A DNA stretch of 64,000 nucleotides from Longimicrobiales bacterium (GTDB taxonomy: Bacteria; Gemmatimonadota; Gemmatimonadetes; Longimicrobiales; Gaopeijiaceae), in the NCBI GenBank assembly GCA_965248195.1, contig CBDFIQ010000002.1:1440001-1504000 (forward strand). The letters are read 5' to 3'. Both the position numbers and the translations under genes were made by a program. The notes below the pieces were generated by a model. The model was not told the DNA's origin, ran no database searches, and saw only the letters and a program-made list of their open reading frames with translations. This document shows positions 29,323 to 39,913 of this stretch, in pieces; within the stretch, counting starts at the first letter, position 1, and every line of letters starts with the position of its first letter.

Positions 29323-31563
29323 GTGGAAGGCGTGGTGATCGTCGGGCGTCGGACGAGCGAGACCCTGCGCTTGACGCTGTTCCACACGACGGTGGCCGTA
29401 CTTGCGGTGCTTTGGGTTCAGCCGGCCTCTGCGCTGCAAGAGAGCCGGCAGCTCTACAGGGTGTCCGCAGTTCGCGTGGACGAGGCGCCTCTGCTAGACG
29501 GCGTGATGGATGACGCAGTCTGGCGGATGGCGCGGGTCATCGACGAGTTCGTCCAACAGGAGCCGGCCGAGGGTGCGCCCGCAACGGAGAGGACTGAAGT
29601 CTCTGTTCTCTACGATTCGGAAAATCTGTACCTGGGCATGCGCGCCTTCGACTCCCAACCGGACGCGATCATCGCGACCGAAATGCGCCGCGACTCGAAC
29701 CGGATTCTGGACGAGGACAACTTCCAGATCATCCTGGATACGTTCAACGACTCCAGGTCCGGATACATGTTCGTCACGAGCCCCCTCGGCGCCAAACTCG
29801 ACCAGCAGATCTCGAACGAGGGCGGCGACAGCGGGCGCGGGCCCGGCCGTGGGGGTGGCGACGTCAACCGCGATTGGGACGGCGTTTGGCATGTGTCGGT
29901 CAAGCGCACGGACGAGGGCTGGACGGCCGAAATTGCGATCCCGATGGTCACGGTGCGCTTTCCGGCGGCGGAGCGTCAGGAGTGGGGCATCAACTTCATG
30001 CGGAACATCCGCCGCAAGAACGAGCAGGTATTCTGGGCGCCGATTCCAAAAGCGTACGACCTGGCCCGTGTCAGCCTGGCCGGCAGCCTCACCGACCTAC
30101 GGTCGCTGAACCGTGGACTCGATTTACGGCTCAAACCGTTCGTCGCTGGGGGAGGGCTGCGCACGCTTGCCGAAGGGACTTCCAGGGAGGGGGACATCGG
30201 GCTGGACGTGAAGTACGGCGTGACGGCAGCGTTGAACCTCGATTTGACCATTAACACCGACTTTGCGCAGGCCGAGGTGGATGACGAGCGGGTGAACTTG
30301 ACGCGGTTTCCACTGTTCTTCCCGGAAAAGAGGGACTTCTTCCTGGAAAACGCGGGACAGTTCATCGTGGGGGCGACCGCGAGTAACCGTCAGTTGGCGG
30401 ATCTGTTCTTCTCGCGCCGCATCGGATTGTCGGATTCAGGCGACCACATCCCGATCCTCGGGGGAGCCCGGCTAACGGGAAAGATCGGCCAAAACAGCAT
30501 TTCGATGATGGACGTGCAGACGGACGAGGCGTTCGGCGAGCCGGGCGTGAACTTTTATGTGGCGCGGTACTCCCGGGACATCCTCACCCGGTCCCGGATC
30601 GGGGCGATCTTCATCAACAAAGCCGCGACGAGTGGTGGCCATTTCAACCGGACCTACGCGGCGGACATGTCGTTCGCGCCTCACCCCGCGATGACCGTGA
30701 GCGGGTTTTTGGCCCAAACGGAGAGCCCGGGTGTTTCAGGCGACCAATGGGCCGGATTTCTGAATGCGACCTGGAGAGACGACCGCTGGAGGGTGTACGG
30801 GGAGATTTCTGATCTCCAGGAGGATTTCAATCCTGAAGTGGGATTTGTAACAAGACCAGGCGTTCAGAGGCAGAAGATCCACTTCGAGCGGAACCCCCGT
30901 CCCGGCCGATTCGGGATTCGCATGTTGGAGCCCCAGATCAACTTCGCTTTTACCGAGGATCAGACTGGCCGGCTTCTCACACGACAGAATCACAACTTTT
31001 TCGGGGTGCGTTTCGAGAACGGTGCCCGCCTGAGCTTCTGGTACAACCGATGGTTCGAGAGGCTCGATGAGCCGGCCCAGCTGGGGAACGGCGCGGAGAT
31101 TCCGGCGGGCGAGTACAAGTTCGGTGATTTTCGGGCCTCGTACAACAGCAACCCGGCCCGCCGCGTCTACGGCGCGTTCACGTATGGGCCGCAGGGCTTC
31201 TTTGGTGGAACGCGGACAGACGTGAGCTTCACGCTGGGTACCCGCCTGACCGACCAACTTTCGGCCGAGGGACAGTATTCACGGAACGACATCGACCTTC
31301 CCATTCCTGACGGAGCGTTCGTCACGTCCGTGGCCCGCTTCCGCATCGACTATGCGATCTCACCCTCGATGTCACTGCGCACCCTGACCCAGTACAACTC
31401 GTTGACGGAGCAGTGGAGCACGGCGGCACGACTCCGCTACACCTATACGCCCGGAAGCGACCTCTACATTGTCTATGACGAGGTGCGGCGCGACGCGAGA
31501 GGGTTCACCGAGGTCCAAGATCGCCAACTGATCCTGAAGGCGACCTATCTGCTCTCGTGGTAA
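29323..31563 (+). CDS. DUF5916-like outer-membrane protein with CBM9-like N-terminal domain
   Basis: LDGVMDDAVW, ERTEV..YD, WTAEIAIP, WGINFMR, INTDFAQAEVD, LFFPEKRDFFLEN, FFSRRIG, terminal LKATYL; start uncertain. Confidence 0.85.
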   Translation: MEGVVIVGRRTSETLRLTLFHTTVAVLAVLWVQPASALQESRQLYRVSAVRVDEAPLLDGVMDDAVWRMARVIDEFVQQEPAEGAPATERTEVSVLYDSENLYLGMRAFDSQPDAIIATEMRRDSNRILDEDNFQIILDTFNDSRSGYMFVTSPLGAKLDQQISNEGGDSGRGPGRGGGDVNRDWDGVWHVSVKRTDEGWTAEIAIPMVTVRFPAAERQEWGINFMRNIRRKNEQVFWAPIPKAYDLARVSLAGSLTDLRSLNRGLDLRLKPFVAGGGLRTLAEGTSREGDIGLDVKYGVTAALNLDLTINTDFAQAEVDDERVNLTRFPLFFPEKRDFFLENAGQFIVGATASNRQLADLFFSRRIGLSDSGDHIPILGGARLTGKIGQNSISMMDVQTDEAFGEPGVNFYVARYSRDILTRSRIGAIFINKAATSGGHFNRTYAADMSFAPHPAMTVSGFLAQTESPGVSGDQWAGFLNATWRDDRWRVYGEISDLQEDFNPEVGFVTRPGVQRQKIHFERNPRPGRFGIRMLEPQINFAFTEDQTGRLLTRQNHNFFGVRFENGARLSFWYNRWFERLDEPAQLGNGAEIPAGEYKFGDFRASYNSNPARRVYGAFTYGPQGFFGGTRTDVSFTLGTRLTDQLSAEGQYSRNDIDLPIPDGAFVTSVARFRIDYAISPSMSLRTLTQYNSLTEQWSTAARLRYTYTPGSDLYIVYDEVRRDARGFTEVQDRQLILKATYLLSW

Positions 31564-31721
31564 CGCGAGCTCCCCCTTCACTCACCCCGAGACTTTATTT
31601 TTAGGCACGCCTAATCTGGACTTCCTGCTCCATGATCAGGGGGTCAGTGGCTTGGGCATTGGGTTTCCGACCCAACTGTGTCATTAGATGGGGGGCGCAC
31701 CGTTTTGAAAGAGGTAATCAA

Positions 31722-32717
31722 ATGAATGACCAAATTACGGCACAGGAGTGGTTCTCAACGGGTGCTAGGGTGACTTACGACCCCGTCACGAAGAAGGTGC
31801 GGGAGCGCGCCCAAAAAGCGGATATCGCAAGTGAAATTCATGTGTGGAAGCGGGTTGAGCGTGATGCTGCCCGCAATGATCAAGAATCGTGGACGACGTT
31901 CTTGCCGGGGTTCCCAGACGGCTCATTTGGCTGGGCGAAGGTGAACCAGCAACTAAGTGGGACCGGAATGCTGCCCAAAATCTACGTTGAATATGTCGGG
32001 CAAGGTGACTCGGACAAACCTTCAGGCTATTCCTACGGGACGATGGAGCGTGCCGACCTGGTTGAGGCACTGTGGGAGGCTGAGGGCATCCAGTCGACTT
32101 TCGTCGTGACTTTCGACTACTCGTCCTTGGTCGTACTGGAACTTCTCAGCCGCCAGGAGGAGCGACTAAACCAGGGCACCGACTCCGGCACCAAAATCGA
32201 AGGTGTCTTGATGGCGAATGGAGGCTACTTCGCAGATGCACACAGCCACCCGTTGATGACAACGCCAGCTCTGAGATCACCGCTAGGGGGCATCGTCACT
32301 TGGTTCGGTCAACGTTCCCGGTTTATATCCAGGCAGCTGCTCAAGTCGATGTTCTCCAAGGAGTACCGGTTGACCTCCGCGGAATTCAACGAGATTTACG
32401 ACGCTATCAGCAGGCGCAACGGTTTCTCCTTCGTAAGCAGAGCGGCCGGGTTCGTTGCGGAGCACCGTGCCAAGTACAGCGAGCGGTGGGATCTACGTCG
32501 CCTGTACCTCGCGTTGCAGGGATCGGTGTCGTTCCATGTCGTGGGCAGCGTAGGCGACATTTTTGAACCGAACCAGGTGGTCAAAGCCAGAGAACGATTA
32601 GGTGACCATGGCCTGGATATCCGCATGCTGCCCGGCGGCCACATGATTACATCCGAACAGCCGGAGCAACTTGCCCGCATCATCGAAGAAGTAGGCCCAT
32701 CGATCGCAACTGGATAA
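31722..32717 (+). CDS. Alpha/beta hydrolase (epoxide-hydrolase/MEST-like)
   Basis: LPGFPDGS, GQGDSDKP, nucleophile elbow TFDYS, GGHM..SEQP; GAGGT RBS; lower GC than the core genes. Confidence 0.85.
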   Translation: MNDQITAQEWFSTGARVTYDPVTKKVRERAQKADIASEIHVWKRVERDAARNDQESWTTFLPGFPDGSFGWAKVNQQLSGTGMLPKIYVEYVGQGDSDKPSGYSYGTMERADLVEALWEAEGIQSTFVVTFDYSSLVVLELLSRQEERLNQGTDSGTKIEGVLMANGGYFADAHSHPLMTTPALRSPLGGIVTWFGQRSRFISRQLLKSMFSKEYRLTSAEFNEIYDAISRRNGFSFVSRAAGFVAEHRAKYSERWDLRRLYLALQGSVSFHVVGSVGDIFEPNQVVKARERLGDHGLDIRMLPGGHMITSEQPEQLARIIEEVGPSIATG

Positions 32718-32780
32718 GGCCACGCCGCAGCTTGCCATCAGCTTGAACCTGCCGTAGACCGGCGTTGTTGTGAGCCTCGA

Positions 32781-32815
32781 GAGCCCCGAGCGTCCCAGCG
32801 GCGTTCGGGGCTTTG
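32781..32815 (+). terminator. Intrinsic terminator
   Basis: gagccccgagcgtc/ggcgttcggggctt stem followed by ttgt. Confidence 0.65.
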
Positions 32816-32995
32816 TGGCTGTTTAGGTGAGGTCTCTCAACTCTTCCAGGTCGGGTTCCGGCTCCACCAAGGCCCGCAAGTACTTCCTACGCATCGCCAC
32901 CCTGATCGGATAATCTTTACCCGCTACCCAGAAAAAAATGCCCAAAACAACGAACGAACCGGGGAAGAACGCCCGTGGTTACTGGGATGCCTACC

Positions 32996-33010
32996 TGGCA
33001 CGGATCTCGC
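32996..33010 (+). promoter_or_regulatory. Sigma54 -24/-12 promoter candidate for pilin operon A
   Basis: TGGCACGGATCTCGC fits GG-N10-GC with TGGCACG, 43 bp before the fimT-like start. Confidence 0.7.
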
Positions 33011-33052
33011 GGAAAGTCCAGCGAGGCCCCCCCCATGGCCTAAGCGACCGAA

Positions 33053-33514
33053 ATGCAAATGGACAATCGACGGGCAGGTTTTTCAATCCTTGAACTCGTA
33101 GTGGTTCTCATGGTGGGGTCAGTCCTCACCAGCGTTGCCATCACGAGCTTCAACGGCGTCTCCGGGCGCTTCGCGACCAAGGGGGCACGGCAGGCCTTCA
33201 TGGCGATGAACGCTCGCGCCCGGGCACAAGCCGTGGAGTACGGGCGGACCGTGCGGTTGAACCTCGATCCAGTGGGTGACAGCGTATGGCTGAGTCGGGG
33301 TAATGAGGTCCTCGAGGTCCTGGACTTCCATGAGGAGTTCGACGTGGACATCCACACGTCGACCAACTCGGACCTGAGGGTTTGTATGAACGCTCGCGGC
33401 TTCGCCGACACGCGATGCAACAACTTCGCCTCTCCCGTGACCGTAACCTTCTTGCTCGCGTCGGACACCGCTTCGGTGCGCGTTCTTTCGCTTGGGCAGA
33501 TGGTGGCCAACTGA
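33053..33514 (+). CDS. FimT/GspH-like minor pilin (operon A)
   Basis: Class III signal RRAG|FSILE, AR..AV motif, NARG, VLSLGQ. Confidence 0.88.
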   Translation: MQMDNRRAGFSILELVVVLMVGSVLTSVAITSFNGVSGRFATKGARQAFMAMNARARAQAVEYGRTVRLNLDPVGDSVWLSRGNEVLEVLDFHEEFDVDIHTSTNSDLRVCMNARGFADTRCNNFASPVTVTFLLASDTASVRVLSLGQMVAN

Positions 33515-33921
33515 TGTCCGGATCCAAAGCAGGAGATAATACCCGGGCCGAAGCCGGCTTCTCGTTCGTCGAGCTGGTCACCTCCCTCTTCGTACTCGCG
33601 TTCGGAGTGCTGGGGCTCGCCACGACGACGCTTTTTGTCACCCGCCAACTCACGCTGGCCGAGGTCACCACCGCGCGGGTCACCACTATCCAGAGCGTGA
33701 TGGAGCGCATCCGCGCGACCCCCTACGACTCGATCCGCGCGGGGGGAGATACCATCAGGTCGCTGGTGGTCTCCTGGACCCCGACCGTCGTCACCACCCA
33801 GACCCAGGTCGTCCGTATTGTGACCGTGGGTCCGGGTCTTGCCTCGATATCCGAGGGCCAGCCCCCCATGCTGTCGAATGAAATCGCGGACACGGTCAAC
33901 TACAAGGTGCTGAAACCATGA
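33514..33921 (+). CDS. PilV-like minor pilin (operon A)
   Basis: EAG|FSFVE, MERIRATPY; ATG overlaps the previous stop. Confidence 0.85.
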   Translation: MSGSKAGDNTRAEAGFSFVELVTSLFVLAFGVLGLATTTLFVTRQLTLAEVTTARVTTIQSVMERIRATPYDSIRAGGDTIRSLVVSWTPTVVTTQTQVVRIVTVGPGLASISEGQPPMLSNEIADTVNYKVLKP

Positions 33922-34721
33922 AGACGGGTGACCGGCGCGGGTTCACCCTCTCGGAGCTGATGATCGTCGCCGTGCTCGGCGCCGTAGTGGTCGGCGCTAC
34001 CTATCAGATCATGCTCTCGAGTCAGAGAGCCCTGACGATCCAGACGGCGCAGGTTCAGGGTCAACAGACCGTGCGTGCAGGGCTCGACATCCTCTTCGCC
34101 GAACTCAGGGAGTTGAGCCGTGCCGAAGGCGACATCCTGACCATGAGCCCGGATCGGATCGAGGTCCGGGCCATGCGGGCCTTCGGCTTGGTGTGTGGCG
34201 TCGACCCGTCCGGCAGCCCCGTGCGCGTGCGGAAGATCGGGCGATTTTTCGTGGCCGGCGACTCCGTCATGGTCTTCGCCGACAACGATCCCGACATCGC
34301 GAGCGACGACACCATCCTTTCCGGGATGGTGGACAGCACCGTCGACACGACCCAGACGTGCTCGGGAGCAGACACTGCACAGTCGCTTTCGGTGGGCGCA
34401 TTGGCCACGGCGCTGGCGAACGACACGGTGCGGATCGGCGCTCCGGTACGAGGGTTCACGATCTACACCTACGGATTGTACTCGTTGGACGGTGACTACT
34501 ATCTGGCCCGGAGAGACGGCGCGACGACGGCGCGCCTGGTGGGGCCACTCTCCTCGAACGGAGTCTCGTTTATCTACAGGGACTCCTTCGGGAACGTCAC
34601 GACCAACCCCAGGGCCGTCTCACAGATCGACGTGACCCTTCGGTCGGAATCGGAGGTCCTGGACCCGCAGGGACGTCCCGTAGCCGACTCCCTTACGACT
34701 GCGATCTTTCTGCGGAACTGA
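33918..34721 (+). CDS. PilW-like minor pilin (operon A)
   Basis: RRG|FTLSE, LVGPL, C-terminal IFLRN. Confidence 0.88.
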   Translation: MKTGDRRGFTLSELMIVAVLGAVVVGATYQIMLSSQRALTIQTAQVQGQQTVRAGLDILFAELRELSRAEGDILTMSPDRIEVRAMRAFGLVCGVDPSGSPVRVRKIGRFFVAGDSVMVFADNDPDIASDDTILSGMVDSTVDTTQTCSGADTAQSLSVGALATALANDTVRIGAPVRGFTIYTYGLYSLDGDYYLARRDGATTARLVGPLSSNGVSFIYRDSFGNVTTNPRAVSQIDVTLRSESEVLDPQGRPVADSLTTAIFLRN

Positions 34722-34758
34722 CGAATGACCGGGATCGGTCCCATTGAGGTAGGCTGAC

Positions 34759-35916
34759 ATGGAACAGAAAAGGCGGCGAGGTTTTGCCCTTCCCGTGGCG
34801 GTGTTCGCCCTGGTGATCGTGGGAGTGATCATGACCGGTGGGGTCTTCATAGCGCGCCAGGAGGGGCGCATCGGCGTAGCGAGTGAGCACGCCGGCCTGG
34901 CCTTCTATTTGACCGAGCAGGGCTTGGTGGAGCTCATGGACAACTGGAACGTCGATCGTTTCGGGGCGCTGCCCTCCTGGGGTGACACAACCGTTACCGA
35001 GGACTACCCGGGAGTCGGGAGCGTCACGACTCGCATCACCAGGATGACCGACTACCTGTATTTCGTGGACGCGGACGGAACGGTAACGAGGGGTGGCGCC
35101 ATGCTGTCGGGGGCATCAAGGCGTGTGGGCGTAACCATCCGCCGCGTGACGGCCGACATGGCGCCGCCAGCGGCGTTGGTGACTCGAGGGGCGACGACGC
35201 TGAGTGGCACGGCGGAAGTGCACGGGGAGGACGAAATTCCCAGCGGTTGGGGAAGCGTCTGCCTTGGTGGGTTGGAAGACAAGCCGGGGATCCTCACGGA
35301 CGACAGCAGCCAAGTCTCGACACAGGGCGCAGCAGAACTCACCGGATCTCCCCCGGTAGCTGAGGACACCACCATCGCGGACTCTACGTTCACGCAGTTC
35401 GGCGACCTGGAGTGGGATGAACTCACCGGCATGGCCGACATCATCCTCAGTGGAGGGAACATCAACAACACGGCCCCCGACAGCACTGCCGCTGGTGAGT
35501 GCAATGTGGGTCAGGCGTTCCCCAGCAACTGGGGCAATCCCGAGAACCCGGGGGCAGCCTGCTTCGACTGGTACCCCGTCATCTACGTCACCGGCAACGC
35601 CACAATTCAGTCCGGAGGCATGGGTCAGGGAGTCTTGCTCGTGGATGGAGACCTCGACCTGCGGGGTAACTTCCTCTTCCACGGCATCATCGTCGTGCAG
35701 GGGAACATGGAGACCCAGGGCTCAGGCAACCGGGTGTACGGTGGGGTCATGGCCAGCAACGCCAACTTCGATTCTCAGGCTTTCATAGGCGGATCCGTGG
35801 TCACGAATTCGACGTGCGCCGTGAGTCGGGCCCTTCTCAAAAACCCGAACCTCACCCGGGTCCGGCCCTTGGCATCCCGGAGTTGGGTCGATCTTTCGGC
35901 GATCTCGGAAAACTGA
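34759..35916 (+). CDS. PilX-like minor pilin (operon A)
   Basis: RRG|FALP (no E5, typical of PilX/GspK), AFYLTEQG, Gly-rich beta repeats GVLLVDGDL...GIIVVQG. Confidence 0.85.
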   Translation: MEQKRRRGFALPVAVFALVIVGVIMTGGVFIARQEGRIGVASEHAGLAFYLTEQGLVELMDNWNVDRFGALPSWGDTTVTEDYPGVGSVTTRITRMTDYLYFVDADGTVTRGGAMLSGASRRVGVTIRRVTADMAPPAALVTRGATTLSGTAEVHGEDEIPSGWGSVCLGGLEDKPGILTDDSSQVSTQGAAELTGSPPVAEDTTIADSTFTQFGDLEWDELTGMADIILSGGNINNTAPDSTAAGECNVGQAFPSNWGNPENPGAACFDWYPVIYVTGNATIQSGGMGQGVLLVDGDLDLRGNFLFHGIIVVQGNMETQGSGNRVYGGVMASNANFDSQAFIGGSVVTNSTCAVSRALLKNPNLTRVRPLASRSWVDLSAISEN

Positions 35917-36193
35917 CCTGCCACGGGCGGCGACGCAGGGGCCACGACGCAGTGGCGGCGACCGAAATCTTACTCAAATGTTTCCCAATGTTTTGGCCCC
36001 TTTCCACCTGAAAAATCTCTTGACAATGCTCGGGGTCCGGTGAATCGTGAATTAGGTGTTCGGTAAAGATATGTTTCCGTGCCCCGTCAGATGAGGGCCG
36101 AATGGTTCTCTCCGGCAGTGCACCGACGGCCCCCGACGTCGGACGGGAAATTGATGATCGCCGTGAGAGCGAGAATCGTTTGAGGGAGATGTT

Positions 36194-36634
36194 ATGTCCG
36201 CTTTGTCGCGAACGTTCTATGCAGCCGTTCTGATCTTGGGCGTCTTGTTGGACGCCATGATCCTCTACTTCCCGGTCCAAACGGTCCCACGCCTGGTCGT
36301 CGGCTTGCTCCTCGTTCCTATCATTCTCTGGGCCGGCATCCGTCTGGAAGTCAACGAGATGCTCCCCCAGAGACGTTGGGAGTCTCGGGGCAGGGTCTTT
36401 CGCGAGCTACGCTCCCAGGTCACGCTGCTCTTGGAACAGGTCCGACGGCTCAACTGGATCGCCGTGGACGCCGAGCGGGGGTTCCGGAACCAAGACGACG
36501 CGATGCGTGAAATGGACGAAATCGAGGACGAAATCAGGGAGATCATCACCGACGTCCGCCGGGCGGCAGGCAGGCCTGGCGCGGTGCCCGAGACGGACAT
36601 TGTCCGGGAACCTGAGCGGGAGAGCGTCGGGTAG
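36194..36634 (+). CDS. Hypothetical membrane protein, two TM helices plus helical domain
   Basis: GGAG RBS, two hydrophobic segments, RVFRELRSQV...VRRLN. Confidence 0.75.
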   Translation: MSALSRTFYAAVLILGVLLDAMILYFPVQTVPRLVVGLLLVPIILWAGIRLEVNEMLPQRRWESRGRVFRELRSQVTLLLEQVRRLNWIAVDAERGFRNQDDAMREMDEIEDEIREIITDVRRAAGRPGAVPETDIVREPERESVG

Positions 36635-36731
36635 CTCGAGCTGGAAGGTCACGCTTGCGTCCCCGGGTCCCACGCTGTATGGATCGACCACTGTCCGGTA
36701 TGTGAAGGTGCTCCCCGCGACCCGCATGCAC

Positions 36732-37133
36732 ATGGCCAACATATTGATCGTCGATGACGAAGAGGCGGACCGGCTTCTGGAGGGTAGGGTCATCGTGGAG
36801 GCCGGGCACACCCCCTTCTTCGCCGGCGACGGTGCAAGCGCGATGCAGATGTACAAAGAAAACGACATCGCGTTGGTGATCACGGATCTTCGGATGCCCA
36901 AGGTGGACGGGCTAAGCCTCATCCGAGGCATCATCTCGCACGATCCCTACGCCGCCATCATCGCGGTGTCCGCCCTGGCCCAACACCTCGACGCAGCCGA
37001 GGAATCCGGAGCGCTCGCGGGGATCGTCAAGCCGGTCACGCCGGAGGACCTCATCGAGACGGTGCAAGAAGTCCTGGAGAAGTTGCCACAGCGCCCCGCG
37101 GAGCCAACCGGAGAGGACCTTTTTGGGAGCTAG
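36732..37133 (+). CDS. Single-domain response regulator (CheY-like receiver)
   Basis: ILIVDDE, ITDLRMPKVDG, IIAVSA, VKP. Confidence 0.92.
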   Translation: MANILIVDDEEADRLLEGRVIVEAGHTPFFAGDGASAMQMYKENDIALVITDLRMPKVDGLSLIRGIISHDPYAAIIAVSALAQHLDAAEESGALAGIVKPVTPEDLIETVQEVLEKLPQRPAEPTGEDLFGS

Positions 37134-37140
37134 CGGTAGC

Positions 37141-37989
37141 GTGAACTCTCGGCACCTTCTCATCTCCAACCCGCCGCATGGCGAAGTGGACGCGCTCGGG
37201 GCGGCGTCCCACTTCGGCCTCACCGCGGCCGAAGTGGGGATGAAGGCCAATTACGGCCTGCCCGAGATCTGGTTTGCGGCGGAGGACGAGGCGACCGTCC
37301 TGGACACCGCCGGCGCTCTCGAGGCGGCCGGGCTCAATACCGTTCTCGTCGCCGGGAAGGATCTCGTCGAGATTCCGGAGCAGAATCCGGTAGAGTCGTT
37401 CGCCTTCACCGACGAGGGGCTGCGGGTCGACCTCGACGATTCCGGATGGACCGTGGCTTATGACACGCCGGTCATCGTGGTATTCGGTCGGCCCAAGGTG
37501 GATGTGCAGGGTGCGAGGTCGCCCTCCGGTTCGGTTGCTTCCCAGCTTTCGCGCTGGGGCCGGGGGGTCCGTCGAGCAAGCCCGGATGCGGGCCTGCTCG
37601 AGCTCGGGGCCTCGCCGTTTCTCGACCTCTACGTGCCCTCTGACAGCGGGCCGCTCCGAATCTCGATCGTCCAAGAAATAACCGATTTCTCGTTGTTGCC
37701 GGAGAACTTGCCGCACGGGCTATCGGCCATGCCGAATCTGGTGGCCGAGTGCGAGAATCGATTCGAGAATGCGTACGTCGATCGCCGCCTGGTGGACATG
37801 ACGCTTCGAGGAATAGCGAGGGTGGTGACGGCCCCCCGCTCCCGCGAGCTTCCACGGAACGGATTCTCCTTCGCTACAGAGGCTCTGGCCGAGCTGCTCA
37901 GCTCCCTTTCCCCGGCTTTGAAGGACCTCCGCCAGGCGGACCTGTCATCGCAACTCGCGTATCTCACCACCCGCTCGCGGATCTCCTGA
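37141..37989 (+). CDS. Hypothetical protein
   Basis: Long ORF with host-like codon use directly after the receiver gene; GTG start inferred. Confidence 0.75.
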   Translation: MNSRHLLISNPPHGEVDALGAASHFGLTAAEVGMKANYGLPEIWFAAEDEATVLDTAGALEAAGLNTVLVAGKDLVEIPEQNPVESFAFTDEGLRVDLDDSGWTVAYDTPVIVVFGRPKVDVQGARSPSGSVASQLSRWGRGVRRASPDAGLLELGASPFLDLYVPSDSGPLRISIVQEITDFSLLPENLPHGLSAMPNLVAECENRFENAYVDRRLVDMTLRGIARVVTAPRSRELPRNGFSFATEALAELLSSLSPALKDLRQADLSSQLAYLTTRSRIS

Positions 37990-38023
37990 GGCACTCCCCC
38001 CCAAGGCGAGCTCCTGCCAGGGG

Positions 38024-38419
38024 CTATTCTCCCACCGTAGTAGGTTGGACGGCCTCGGACTTTCGTGCCGTATCGATCACCGTCTCGACCTGAGCCGGAA
38101 CCTTGTCCTTGATCGACTCGAACGCGTCGTCGTCTCCCCGGACGGCCGCGTCGTGTAGCTCCCTCGCGAGATCGACGAATTTGACCACCTCTCCCCGGAG
38201 CTCCGGATAACGGCGCTCATTCTTGACGAAGGGATGGGCTGCGAACCAGACCGCGAGCAAAAGGCAGAAGAGCCCGGCGGTTACGCCGAGGATTCGGCGA
38301 AAGTCGTCTTCGGCGAAGAAGAAACCTGCGCTGCCCATCGAGATCACCATTCCAGCCACACTGGCGAACAGCGGCGCCCGACCGGCCAGTTTTCGCGAAA
38401 AGGAGGTGTCGGGTGTCAT
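38024..38419 (-). CDS. Hypothetical two-TM protein, apparent distant paralog of 36194-36634
   Basis: Two TM segments then RRYPELRGEV..FVDLARELH; ATG 38419 after AGGAAGATGG. Confidence 0.72.
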   Translation of the reverse strand: MTPDTSFSRKLAGRAPLFASVAGMVISMGSAGFFFAEDDFRRILGVTAGLFCLLLAVWFAAHPFVKNERRYPELRGEVVKFVDLARELHDAAVRGDDDAFESIKDKVPAQVETVIDTARKSEAVQPTTVGE

Positions 38420-38504
38420 TCCATCTTCCTGTAGCGGTCTCGTGTGATCCTCTTGGACGGGTACGGCGTCCTGGACGGTACGCGTCCTTCTCACTCGACC
38501 GACG

Positions 38505-38680
38505 ATAGACCTCGGCGGGGCTTCCGACAAGTTGGCTCATCGAGGACTGCCGCCACCGACACTTTCGTGGCCGTCACCCACGGGCTGCTGGGATCCTCGT
38601 CTCCGGATCTCAGGGACATCTCCCAGCCCGACCTCTCGTCGCGACTCGCGTATCTCACGAGTCGAGCGCGGATCGCCTGA
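38505..38680 (+). pseudogene. 3' fragment paralogous to the C-terminus of 37141-37989
   Basis: SSPDLRDISQPDLSSRLAYLTSRARIA* vs LSPALKDLRQADLSSQLAYLTTRSRIS*; both followed by tgaggcac. Confidence 0.75.
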
Positions 38681-38749
38681 GGCACACCCTCCTGAGGCGC
38701 ATTCGTGCAAGGGACCGGGATTTGGCGCGAGGGCCAAGCGGGGAGCCCG

Positions 38750-39897
38750 CTACCAGATGTGGCTCCACATTCGTCCGGGGATGAGGTTCGGGTCGGTGTC
38801 CCCCAAGATTCCACCGCACTGGAACGTCAGCTTAAATTCCCCGTCGATTTCGCTGTTGTCGGTGATTTGAAGGCTCCCGGGGGGGTCGGGGTTGTCCCTG
38901 CATACCAGCTGGCCGTATATCACCGGTTTTCCGTTGATCACGCACTGGGAGCCCGCGTAGATCAGCCCTTCCATGGTGTCATGACCGCCTGATGGGTCGC
39001 CGTTTATCTTGATGTCTCCGGCGGCCAGGATCATGATGCTGTCCGGGTGGGCCGGCTCCATATAGGGATTCCCGTTGAGCCCGACCGACCCGGCCGCCAG
39101 GAAGGTGACCTCGGCGGGATTGCCGGGCACACCGATATCGTGCCCGATCTGCACGTTGCCGTCGACGCAGTAGGTCCCCTCTACAATGGTCTCGGAGTCC
39201 GTTTCCCAGATGTTGCCAACCCCCAGTTCTTGTCGCCTTCGCTGAAATCGAAGCTTTCCGAGGTCGCGACAATGAGCCCCTGGCCGGTGTTGTTGAAGAT
39301 GATGTCGGCGTCATCACAGTAATCCATGGGGTCGAGGTCAGGGACGATTTTCTCCTGCGCGCCTGTCTCGACGGTGATGGGATTCCCCAGCGTGTCCGTC
39401 GGAACACCGCCCCCCGTCCGGATGCCCGACGTGCTCAGATCTCCTGACATGACGGGATTTCCACCCACTTGGAGATCACCGTTCGTGTGGATGGATCCGC
39501 ACAGGCCGGTGACCGTGGCATCCCCGTTGATGCCGAAGTCCCCCTGGACCGCCATCGCCGCCTGGACGATGATCGGTCCCTCAAAGATGACGCTGATTCG
39601 CTGCGTTGCGCCCTGGAGCCCCGGGGTCCGTCCCGTGGATTCGAGGCTGTAGAGTTTCTGGTCCCCGTCACCGCCGTCGATTCTGCGGTACACCACCTGA
39701 AAGCCGCAGCGGTTCTCGATCGTCGTCCACGATGCCACGAGACTATCTCCGAGGGCCGAGAGCAGCTCGTCCCTGGAGGCCTGGAGCGCCGCCACGCCCA
39801 TCACGCCGAGCATGACCAGCACGGAGAGCACGATGGGCAGGGTGAATCCAGCGTCGCATGTGGGGCGACCGGTCGCACGGTCCGTCTTGGTATACAT
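38750..39897 (-). pseudogene. Degenerate PilX-like copy with in-frame deletion and frameshift
   Basis: DAG|FTLP; lacks about 35 aa including AFYAAEAG at about 39754 relative to 40973-42229; frameshift near 39220 (KNWG to GNIWETDS); ends GRMWSHIW. Confidence 0.85.
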
Positions 39898-39913
39898 TTT
39901 CTAACTCCCAATC

